Of a stretch of 32,000 nucleotides of DNA, positions 1 to 8,600 are shown piece after piece; within the stretch, counting starts at the first letter, position 1, and each line of letters begins with the position of its first letter. A model generated the notes under the pieces. That model worked only from the letters and a program-made list of their open reading frames with translations. It did no database searches and had not been told where the DNA came from. The stretch is from Opitutia bacterium KCR 482. GTDB taxonomy: Bacteria; Verrucomicrobiota; Verrucomicrobiia; Opitutales; Intestinicryptomonadaceae. A program made the translations under genes and the position numbers. Location: contig CP149973.1 in assembly GCA_029269845.2 (NCBI GenBank), positions 1 through 32,000 on the forward strand. The letters run 5' to 3'.

Positions 1-1395
1 ATGTGCCTGAATTTAAAAAAAATGGCCCCATTAACGATATCGACGACGCTGTCCGAAATTTGGCAAAAAGCCAAATCGGAGTTGGAACTCGTGCTCCCGC
101 GCGAGGCCTTCGACGAATGGTTTTCGAATCTCGCGTGCGTCGGCGGCGACGAATCGAAAATCGTGCTCGGCTCTCCCAGCGCGTTCGCCCCGTATTGGAT
201 TACCGACAACTACCTCGACATTCTCTCCCAAAATTTGTCGATGGCGGCAGGGCACAACATTTCGGTTGAAATCACGGTCGTAAACTCCCCCGAACCCGCC
301 GCGGCCGAAACTCCCGCGCCCCGCATGGCGAGGGCGGTCGTTGCGGAAGAGCCCAAGACGCTTCTTTCAATCAACCCGCGCAACACTTTCGAAAGCTTTG
401 TCGTCGGCGAAAGCAACCAGCTTGCGCACGCGGCGGCTCTTGCGGTTGCCCAGAGCGTCGGCAAGGCGTTCAACCCGCTGTTCCTTTACGGCGACACCGG
501 CTTGGGCAAAACGCACCTCATGCACGCAATCGCCCACTTTATCATAAAGAACAATCCGTCGGCAAAGGTCGTCTACATTTCGTCTGAGGCGTTTGTGAAC
601 GACTATATTAAAGCCTTGGGCGACGGCAACATAGCGTCGTTCCGCAAACGCTACCGCAACACCGACGTCCTGCTCATCGACGATATCCAGTTCTTCGCCA
701 AAAAGGAGAGCAGCCAGAACGAATTTTTCCACACTTTCAACGATCTTTTCAACGCAAACAAGCAGATTGTGCTCTCTTGCGACAAGCCGCTCAACGAGGT
801 TGAGGACATCGAAAAACGCCTTGTGTCGCGCTTCGCGTGGGGCATGTGCGTTGACATCAAAATGCCCGACTACGAAACGCGTCTGGCGATTTTGCGCCGC
901 AAAGTGGCGTCGCTTGGCGACTCCGCGAACATCGGCGACGACGTTCTCGACCTCATCGCCCGCCGCTTTACAAAAAACGTAAGGCGCATGGAGGGCGCGC
1001 TCAACAAGCTGATAGGCTATTCGTCGCTGATAAATTCGAACGAACCCGTCTCCCTCGAAAAGGCGGCGTACCTTCTCGCCGACGACTTCGTTCAGGAGGA
1101 GGGCGCGGCGGTTGACGTGGAGCTTATCCAGAAGAAAGTCGCAGAGCACTACCATTTGGAGGTTTCCGACATTGTGGGCAAACGCCGCACGTCGATGATT
1201 TCGATGGCCCGCCAAACCGCGATGTACATTTCAAGAAAGCTCACAACGCACACTTTGCAGGAAATCGGCAAACGCTTCGGCGGGCGCGACCACGGCACGG
1301 TAATCCACGCAATGAGGACGGTCGAAACCCTGCTCGAACAGGACGAAAAGGTAAAGCGCACCGTCGCGTTCCTGATGAAGTCGCTTTCAGACTAA
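1..1395 (+). CDS. dnaA: Chromosomal replication initiator protein DnaA
   Basis: 464-aa ORF. AAA+ Walker A GDTGLGKTHL and Walker B LLIDDIQF are present. The C-terminal DnaA-box-binding signature is KRRTSMISMARQTAMYISRKLT..LQEIGKRFGGRDHGTVIHA. The start is ATG at 1 or, perhaps more likely, ATG at 22 (MAPLTIS..) after an A-rich leader. Confidence 0.95.
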   Translation: MCLNLKKMAPLTISTTLSEIWQKAKSELELVLPREAFDEWFSNLACVGGDESKIVLGSPSAFAPYWITDNYLDILSQNLSMAAGHNISVEITVVNSPEPAAAETPAPRMARAVVAEEPKTLLSINPRNTFESFVVGESNQLAHAAALAVAQSVGKAFNPLFLYGDTGLGKTHLMHAIAHFIIKNNPSAKVVYISSEAFVNDYIKALGDGNIASFRKRYRNTDVLLIDDIQFFAKKESSQNEFFHTFNDLFNANKQIVLSCDKPLNEVEDIEKRLVSRFAWGMCVDIKMPDYETRLAILRRKVASLGDSANIGDDVLDLIARRFTKNVRRMEGALNKLIGYSSLINSNEPVSLEKAAYLLADDFVQEEGAAVDVELIQKKVAEHYHLEVSDIVGKRRTSMISMARQTAMYISRKLTTHTLQEIGKRFGGRDHGTVIHAMRTVETLLEQDEKVKRTVAFLMKSLSD

Positions 1396-1419
1396 TCTTT
1401 TTTCCCGCCGAATTTTAAA

Positions 1420-1441
1420 GCCTCCGAAAGGGGGCTTTTTT
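1420..1441 (+). terminator. Rho-independent terminator after dnaA
   Basis: GCCTCC-GAAA-GGGGGC hairpin with one G.U pair and a GNRA loop, followed by a T-run, 25 nt after the dnaA stop. Confidence 0.75.
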
Positions 1442-1625
1442 GTCGGTTAACGCGGGGGACGTCGAGGGCGCGGGGGACTTATTTCGCCGTTGCCGCGCGA
1501 AAATTTGCCGAGGGGTAGATAAGGCGTTTTTGCGCCGACGTTTTGGCTTGTGTTTCGTGGCGCGAAATGCTTTTCTTTTTATCGCAATCAATCGATTGCG
1601 GAACGGAATTTTAACGCAAAACATT

Positions 1626-2366
1626 ATGAGAAAAATAGCAGTATCGTTGTTGTTGTCGCTTTTTGCGGCGACTCTCGCGTTCGGCGCAAATACCGCCGAC
1701 AATTCAAAACAGGCAGTCCAGACCGTGAAACAGTCTAAAGACGCCAAGAAAAAGCCCGCCAAAAAACAGCGCGAATGGGCTAAGTTCGACCGCTACGAAA
1801 GCGCGAACGCGCGTATTAAAAAAGCGCCAGCTGCCGTCTTCATGGGCGATTCGATTACCGCCAACTGGTATTCTTTCCGCCCCGAATTTTTCGCCGAAAA
1901 CAACTACGCGGGGCGCGGAATCAGCGGGCAGACTTCCTCCGAAATGCTCGTGCGCTTCCGCAACGACGTAATCAACCTCAAACCCAAATATGTGGCGATT
2001 ATGGCGGGAACAAACGACGTCGCCGAGAACAACGGGAAAATCAAGCTCGAAAACGTTTTAAGCAACATCATTTCGATGGCGGAACTCGGCAGACTTCACG
2101 GCATAAAGGTTGTGCTGTGCTCCGTTCTGCCCGCAAGCAAAATTCCGTGGCGCAACATTCCGGAGCCTGCGCAGAAAATCGCAAAACTCAACTCGCTCAT
2201 CAAGGATTACGCCGAAAAGAACGGCTTTGCGTACGTCGATTACTACTCGGCTCTCGTGGACGAAAACGGCGGGCTTCCCGAAAAATACTCGAAAGACGGC
2301 GTCCACCCGAAAAAGGAAACGTATCCTATCATGGAGGCGTTAATCAAGGCTGAGTTTGCCAAGTAG
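1626..2366 (+). CDS. Secreted SGNH/GDSL-family hydrolase (lipase/acylhydrolase-like)
   Basis: The ATG at 1626 gives the signal peptide MRKIAVSLLLSLFAATLAFG. SGNH blocks are present: FMGDSIT (I), GISGQTS (II), GTNDV (III) and DGVHP (V). The ORF-track extension 1440-1625 is Arg-rich and reads as non-coding. Confidence 0.85.
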   Translation: MRKIAVSLLLSLFAATLAFGANTADNSKQAVQTVKQSKDAKKKPAKKQREWAKFDRYESANARIKKAPAAVFMGDSITANWYSFRPEFFAENNYAGRGISGQTSSEMLVRFRNDVINLKPKYVAIMAGTNDVAENNGKIKLENVLSNIISMAELGRLHGIKVVLCSVLPASKIPWRNIPEPAQKIAKLNSLIKDYAEKNGFAYVDYYSALVDENGGLPEKYSKDGVHPKKETYPIMEALIKAEFAK

Positions 2367-2407
2367 GGCGCGCTTCGAAAGCGGATTTTTAATTTAATTA
2401 CAATATG

Positions 2408-2448
2408 CGGCGGCTGCGTTTTTGCTTTTTGCAGCCGCCGTTTTTTTT
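2408..2448 (+). terminator. Rho-independent terminator after the SGNH hydrolase gene
   Basis: 10-bp stem CGGCGGCTGC / GCAGCCGCCG with a 13-nt loop, followed by T8 (2441-2448). Confidence 0.8.
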
Positions 2449-2467
2449 GCGATTGAAGCGGGAAGCA

Positions 2468-2498
2468 GGCAAAATTTTCGGTGTCCGCAAATTTTGCC
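2468..2498. repeat. Perfect 10-bp inverted repeat GGCAAAATTT-N11-AAATTTTGCC in a 234-bp non-coding gap
   Basis: Read directly from the sequence. Neither side has a flanking T-run, so it is not a classical terminator. Function unknown. Confidence 0.5.
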
Positions 2499-2682
2499 GG
2501 CGGGGCGCATGCGTTCTGAATGTCCGCAGTTCTGGGCTTTCGACGGGCATTGCATCGGGGCGGCGGAAGCGCATTTACCCGTTTCCTGCGGGCGTCGGGC
2601 ACAGCGGGCGGAAGCGCGTTTTCCGCTTCTACTGTCGCGCGGGTTTTGTTTGCGGCGGGAGGCGGGATAGTCGCCGCGCCCG

Positions 2683-4119
2683 CTATTTGCGGACGGGCAG
2701 TTCCCTCTGGTATGCGTTGCGCGGGCGGTTTTTGTCGAAATAGGCGATGCGGTCTTTCATCGAGGAGAAGTGTTCGGCAATCGCCTTTTCCCGCGCGGCG
2801 GAGTCTGTTCTGTCTACGAGAATGAATTTGCCTCCCGCGTTTCCGAGTTTTTTGAACGCGTTTTCGACGTCTGCGCCGCTTAGCGCGGGTATGCAGTTTT
2901 TGCCTTCCCGCGTGCCGTAGATATAGGTTTTTTTGAAAATGTAGAACACGTTGCCCTCGAACTCCGCCCCATTGCCGCCCGACGAAAAGTAGGCGGGCGC
3001 GCCCCACATGATGTTGTTGCGGATTGTCAGCCCCTCAACCGGTTTGCGCTCGTAGGAGAGTAGGGAGGAGTCCACGGTGTAGGGCGTGTCGAATTCGTTG
3101 AAGCCCGAATCAAAGGCGATGTTGTCGGAAAATTCGCAGTTTTCGTAGACGCTTTTTTCGTGCACCGTGGCGGTCCAGTGTTCAAACGCCTGACGGCAGC
3201 GCAGGAATCTGTTTTTGCGGAAGACTATGTTTTGGGGGCGCGACTTTTTGCCGAGGTGTCCCTGAATCGTCGCGCCGCAGTCGAACGTGCGCGAGATTGC
3301 ACAGTTTTCTACGAGATTGTTGTTGCAGGGGTCGCTTTCGCTCATCCAAAATTCGATTCCGTTGCCGAAGCGCACCCAAGTTTTGTAGCTGCGCAGAATC
3401 GAGCCGCCGATGAGGTCGATGTCGAGATTGCGGAATTGGCAGCTCCACGCCTTGCTGATTCCGTGCGCTCCGAAGCCCTTGACCGCCACGTTTTGCACCG
3501 TGCAGTTGCGCAGGTTGCGAATGCCGAAATTATAGGGCAGAAGCGCGATTTTTTTTGCGAGCTTCGACGGGTGTGTCGGGCACTTGAAAAACAGGTGCGT
3601 GAACTTGTTGTTTTTGGGGGAGACTTCGCTTTTTTCGGCGTCGGACACCCAGAAGTCGCCGGTATCGCGCATGTTTTTGTAGTGGCGCGTCAGGCAGCCG
3701 TAGAGGCGGTCGTTTTCGATGTCGTAGACCGCGCCGATGTTGTTTTGCTCGCCGTCCGCCTTGAAGCCCGAAAATGTCGAGTGTTTTGTGAGGTCGAGCC
3801 GCCAGACGCCGTCGGGGAGCTTCTCCCACGCGTCCGATTTTTCGAGGATTTTCAGCCCGCAAAGGAGCGGCTTTTCGCCCTCGCCGTAGGCGTCGATTTT
3901 CGAGTTTTTGAAGCCGCTAAGCGATTCGAAGAAAACGTCGCCGCGTTTCAGAAACAGGTTTACGCCGTCTTTGGGGGCGGCGGCGATTGTGCGAAGCGGC
4001 GCGGAAAGCGAGCCGTCGTTTTTGTCGTCGCCCGCCGACGACGAAACGTAGACGTCTTTTGCGTTTGCCGCCGCGGCGAAGAGCGCGAGCGCGAATATCA
4101 GTGCATGTTTGATTTTCAT
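2683..4119 (-). CDS. Secreted right-handed parallel beta-helix repeat protein (putative polysaccharide lyase/glycosidase-like), paralog A
   Basis: 478 aa with signal peptide MKIKHALIFALALFAAAANA. The N-terminus YVSSSAGDDKNDGSLSAPLRTI is typical of pectate-lyase-fold proteins. Repeated xNxxVxNC/GxG beta-helix rungs follow (RNCTVQNVAVKGFG, NNLVENCAISRT, YENCEFSDN). Specific activity unknown. Confidence 0.75.
   Translation of the reverse strand: MKIKHALIFALALFAAAANAKDVYVSSSAGDDKNDGSLSAPLRTIAAAPKDGVNLFLKRGDVFFESLSGFKNSKIDAYGEGEKPLLCGLKILEKSDAWEKLPDGVWRLDLTKHSTFSGFKADGEQNNIGAVYDIENDRLYGCLTRHYKNMRDTGDFWVSDAEKSEVSPKNNKFTHLFFKCPTHPSKLAKKIALLPYNFGIRNLRNCTVQNVAVKGFGAHGISKAWSCQFRNLDIDLIGGSILRSYKTWVRFGNGIEFWMSESDPCNNNLVENCAISRTFDCGATIQGHLGKKSRPQNIVFRKNRFLRCRQAFEHWTATVHEKSVYENCEFSDNIAFDSGFNEFDTPYTVDSSLLSYERKPVEGLTIRNNIMWGAPAYFSSGGNGAEFEGNVFYIFKKTYIYGTREGKNCIPALSGADVENAFKKLGNAGGKFILVDRTDSAAREKAIAEHFSSMKDRIAYFDKNRPRNAYQRELPVRK
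3953..4034. repeat. 82-bp block identical to 5399-5480 (5' coding region of paralog A)
   Basis: I wrote out both copies and they match 82/82. The flanking ~30 nt on each side show only scattered mismatches. Confidence 0.95.
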
Positions 4120-4137
4120 AATTGTTGTTGCGGTTTG

Positions 4138-5568
4138 TTATTTTCTGTAAAAGAAGTCGCGGCGGTATTTTTCGCGGGTTTTTCTTTTGATTGTCTCTTT
4201 TTGCGCGGAGAACGATTCGAGCACCTCCTCTTTCAGCCGCTTGTCGCCGCGCCTTACAATTTTTACCGTGTTGCCGACGCCTCCGATTTTCCTTTCGAAC
4301 GCCCCGGCGTCCGCGTCCGACTCCGCCCAGATTGTGTCGTCGGGCGAGCTTCTGTTGTAGTAGAGGTACTGCCCCTTGTAGACGTAGAACGTGTTGTTTT
4401 GCAGCAGCGCGGGGTGTTTCTGGACGCTGTAAACGGGCGCGCCCCAGAATATGTTGTTCTTTACGACAAGCCCCTCGACGGGGTTTCTTTCGTAGGAGAG
4501 CAGGTTGGCGTCGCGCGTTTCGGGCGATGAAAATTCGTTTTCGCCCATGTCGAAGCATTTGTTGTTCGAAAATTCGCAGTTTTCGTATTTCGCCGTTCCC
4601 TCCTTTGCGGTCAGGAAGTGCTCGAAAGCCTGTCTGCACCTGAAAAAAGAGTTGTTCGAGAACTTTATGTTTTTTGCCGACATGCCGTTTCCGCCGTGCC
4701 CCTGAATCGTCGCGCCGCAGTCGTATGTGCGCGAGATTCGGCAGTTTTCGACGAGGTTGTCGTTGCACGGGTCTTTGGCGGAAATCCAAAATTCGACGCC
4801 GTTGCCGAGCCTCACCCACTGCGAATACGAAAGCTGGACGCTCCCGCCGATGAGGTCGATGTCGAGGTTTCGGAATTTGCAGTTCCACGCCTTGCTCACG
4901 CCGTGCACGCCGAAGCCCTTGACGGCGATGTTTTGCACCGTGCAGTTGCGCAGGTTGCGGATTCCGAACGAGTAGGTTATGAAGCCGATTTTGTCGCGGG
5001 AGTCGGCGGGGTTTTTGTCGAACTTGAAATAGAGGTAGCGGAATGTCTGGCTTTTCGATGCGCGGACGTCGGAAGTCCAAATATTGTCTGATACCCAGAA
5101 GTCGCCGACATGCGACAGGTCTGAGAAGCTGCGCACCAAGTGCCCGTATACCTTGTCGGTTTTTGCGAAGTAGATTGCGCCGATGTTGTTTGTTTTTCCC
5201 TCCGCCTTGTAGCCTCCGAAATCCTCCCGCTTCGAGAGATCGAGCCGCCAGATGCCGTTGGGCAGTTTTACCCACGCGTCGTCGTTTTCGAGGATTTTCA
5301 GCCCGCAAAGAAGCGGCGCGTTGCCCTCGCCGTAGGCGTCTATTTCCGAGTCTGAAAAATCCTGCAAGGTTTCGAAGAAGACATCGCCGCGTTTCAGGAA
5401 CAGGTTTACGCCGTCTTTGGGGGCGGCGGCGATTGTGCGAAGCGGCGCGGAAAGCGAGCCGTCGTTTTTGTCGTCGCCCGACGACGACGAAACGTATACG
5501 TCTTTGCCGAAAAGCGAACAGATTGCGGCAAATGCCACCGCGCCGATGAGAGCGAATTTTGATGCCAT
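4138..5568 (-). CDS. Secreted right-handed parallel beta-helix repeat protein, paralog B
   Basis: 476 aa with signal peptide MASKFALIGAVAFAAICSLFG. It is collinear with paralog A along its whole length, roughly 60% identical by eye. It lies 18 bp upstream of paralog A on the same strand. Confidence 0.75.
   Translation of the reverse strand: MASKFALIGAVAFAAICSLFGKDVYVSSSSGDDKNDGSLSAPLRTIAAAPKDGVNLFLKRGDVFFETLQDFSDSEIDAYGEGNAPLLCGLKILENDDAWVKLPNGIWRLDLSKREDFGGYKAEGKTNNIGAIYFAKTDKVYGHLVRSFSDLSHVGDFWVSDNIWTSDVRASKSQTFRYLYFKFDKNPADSRDKIGFITYSFGIRNLRNCTVQNIAVKGFGVHGVSKAWNCKFRNLDIDLIGGSVQLSYSQWVRLGNGVEFWISAKDPCNDNLVENCRISRTYDCGATIQGHGGNGMSAKNIKFSNNSFFRCRQAFEHFLTAKEGTAKYENCEFSNNKCFDMGENEFSSPETRDANLLSYERNPVEGLVVKNNIFWGAPVYSVQKHPALLQNNTFYVYKGQYLYYNRSSPDDTIWAESDADAGAFERKIGGVGNTVKIVRRGDKRLKEEVLESFSAQKETIKRKTREKYRRDFFYRK
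5399..5480. repeat. 82-bp block identical to 3953-4034 (5' coding region of paralog B)
   Basis: See the feature at 3953-4034. Confidence 0.95.
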
Positions 5569-5602
5569 AAAAAATGTACCGTTCGAATAATCAGACGGTA
5601 CA
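5569..5602 (-). terminator. Rho-independent terminator after the large (PEPCK-like) gene
   Basis: On the - strand: TGTACCGT-N12-ACGGTACA followed by T6. The T-run ends directly at the ATG (5568) of beta-helix paralog B. Confidence 0.7.
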
Positions 5603-5634
5603 TTGCGCGTAGAATTTCGTCAAGCCGATAAAAC

Positions 5635-8600
5635 TCAGAGCACGAAGGGGTCTGCGCCGAGCGTTCCCGCCAGCGATTTCAGGTAGCCCATGCTCTTTAC
5701 CGACTTAATCCGCGCCTTGACCGACTCTATTTCCGTCGCCGTTTGCGGCGTCTTTTCCTCGGCGGGCAGCGATTGCAGGTTTGCCAGCACCGTTTGCAGG
5801 TGGTTGACTTCAATCTGCTGTCTTGTGATGAGCCTTTCGGCGTACCACTCCGAGTTTATGACGCTTTCGAACGTGAACATTTTGCGGATAGACTCGTCTT
5901 CGAGCGTCTTGCCCTCGTAGTTGCCGTCTTTCATGATGTGCAGCAGTGCTTTGAGGGGCGGGCACGCGCCTTCGATTGAGCCGTCGTTGAAATACATTTC
6001 GGCGGCGCGTTTGTGCGCCCCCGCCATGTTGTCCATGCCGTCCACGAACGTTTCCATGTCTTGGAGTTCGGGGCGGAGCATGTCGGGGGTGAATATCGAC
6101 GCGGGGGTCGAGAATATTCTGCCGAAGAAGCGTTTTACGAATTCGTCGGTGATTCGCCAGCCGAGGCGCGATGCGAGCACCTTTTTGCCCTTGTATTCGA
6201 AGTCTTTGCAGCGTTCTAGCATGCCGTCCTCGATGAGCTTTTCGGGGCGGAGTTCGTCGGGCTTCATGCGCGACCAGATTTCGGGCACGAGCAGGCTTAT
6301 GTCGTGGTCGATTCTGTATTTCGGGCCGAGGTATCCCGTGCTGCTGAGCCAGCCGTCGTATTCCGTCAGCGCGAACGAGACGAGCGCGTTGTTGAGGTCG
6401 GTAATGGGGCAGAGCGCGTTGAACGGCGCTTTCGTCATTGCGCCCTCCAAGCCCGCTCCGACCGTGGACGGCGACTTGCCCGTCATCGACGCGATGTACT
6501 CCATGAAGAGTTCGGGAAGTTCCAGATAGTGCATGGGGCCGTGCACCGCAAGCGACCTTATGCCGTCGCCCGCGGGGTTGTTGCGTCTGCCAGAAATTAC
6601 CGCGCACACGGGGTGCGGCACGGTTTTGTCGAGCGGAATGTGCCGCGCGAGCCTCATGCCTACGTTCGCCACATAGTACTTGCGCTTGTTTACGATGTCG
6701 TCCCTGTTTTGCAGGTAGCGGACGTTTTTGCTGGGCGCGCCATTTACGAGGCGCGGATTCGCCGAGCACACAACGTAGTCGGGCTTAGGCTCTTTGAGGA
6801 AGTGTTCGAGGTTCTCGCGCATGGGCGCGGTGAATTTGTCGAAGCGCAGCACGTCTTCGGCCATTTCCTGAACCTGCGGCCTGTCGAGCGGCTCGTAGTT
6901 CGAGAAGAACACGCCCTTTTTCGACATGTCCGATTCCGCGCGTTTGTCGTAGCCGCGCACCACCGCTTCGTCGGGACGCTGGAAGAGCCTGTATTCGCAG
7001 TTTTCCGTGAATTTTACCGACGCTTTCGGCTTCTTCGACATGTAGTCGGGCAGATAGTCAACACTGCTTCTTGCAACGACAACCGAGCTTGTGATGTCGT
7101 CCTCCATTTGCAGCTTGACCGACGGCGCGAAGTCTTTGCGCAGGCTGAACGTGCGCCACGAGCCGTCCTCCGTAAAGCCGATTCTAAGGTACGAGGTCAG
7201 CACGTTTGCGTTCTTGTATTTGAGCGTGTTGCCGCTTGTGCCGTTGATTGTGTCTACCGTGAATTTGTCCTGCCATTTGCCCTCCCATTCGGGGCGGTAG
7301 TGGCGTTTTACCGTCAGCACGATTTCCCTGATGTAGAACGGGATTGATTCGACCCACTTGTTGTATTCGTCGGTGAAGTCGTCCGAGGGCGTGAGCAGTT
7401 TTACTACCGAGCCCATCGTGCGGCGCGAATCCAGAATTTTGCGGCTGTTTTCGCCTTTGTTTTGCGAGGGGTCTTTGTTGCGGCTGCCGTAGTTTTTGTT
7501 GATGATTTCCTCAACGAGCGCGATGTCCTTCTTGAAATCGGCTACAATCGACGGCCCGTGGATAATGGCGTCGGAGATGTCTTTCGAGATTTCGCTCTTG
7601 CCGCCGCCCGAAACCGTCGCGGGCTTGTGGCAGTACATTCCCTCCTCGACCGTGCCGACAAGACGCCAGCGGCGGCTTTCGTGCGGCCTTGCCATTTCCA
7701 CCTTGTAGCCGGCGGGGCTGATGTAGGTGATGTGCGGAAGCAGTTTTATGCTTTTCTGCTCGCCGTTTTTCTCCCATGTAACGGTTTGGGTTTTTAGCGA
7801 GAAATACGAGTCCTGGTCAACGTATATTACGTCGGGATATTTTTTGTCTCTCGCCCAGCCGTCGTCGAAAACTTCGATTCTGTCGCCGAGAAGCTCGACG
7901 AGTTCCGAGAACTTGCTGCGCGTGTTCGGCGCGTACGATTTCAGCCAGAAGTCTTCGCCGAGGTCGCGGCTTGCGAACGCCGTCGCGCCGCCGCTGTGCT
8001 CTTCCTCGCACTGTCCGTACATGTTCGCCGCAAAGCTGATTTGCGTTTTGATTTCCTTTTTGGAGTAGCCGAAATAGTTGTCGGCAAGCAGTGTTACGAT
8101 TACGCCGCTCGAATCGCGGGCGGTGAGCTTGAAGGGCTTGCCGTCGTTGTAGATTTCGGATTCGTCCTTCCAGCACATGCCGTCGCGCTTTTGGCGGTCG
8201 GTTGCGTCTTCGAATTTGGGAAGCCCAAGCTCTTTCTTGGTGAGTTTTGTGAGGTAGGGGGCGAGCACGATGCAGCCCGTGTTGCCCGTCCAGGAGTCGT
8301 ACTGGCGGTACGAGTCGTTCTTTTCAAGGTATGGATTTCCGCCGTTGCCGAAAATGCTTTCCACAAAGTCGAGGTTCGACACAAGCCCCCCGGGCGCGAA
8401 GAAGCGTATTTCCATTGTCTTCGCTTTCGAAACGTTCGGGATTTCGGGGCAGACAATCGGGCGCAGGAAGAGCGATACCCATGTGCGCGCCTTGTTTTTC
8501 TGCGTCGAGGTAATGGGCAGTTCGAGAATGTCGTCGGAGGCTTCGAACGCCTTTTTCCACATGTTTTTGAAGACGATTTTCGGTACCGCCTTTTTGTCGT

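Noticed and set aside
3160-5308. Long ORFs overlapping the beta-helix genes: 3160-4530 (+, 456 aa), 3917-5308 (-, 463 aa, alternative frame), 4191-4643 (+) and 5043-5549 (+).
   Set aside because: Their composition is Arg/Ala/Pro-rich and low-complexity, with no motifs. They fully overlap well-supported genes. These are the stop-poor shadow frames expected in GC-rich DNA.
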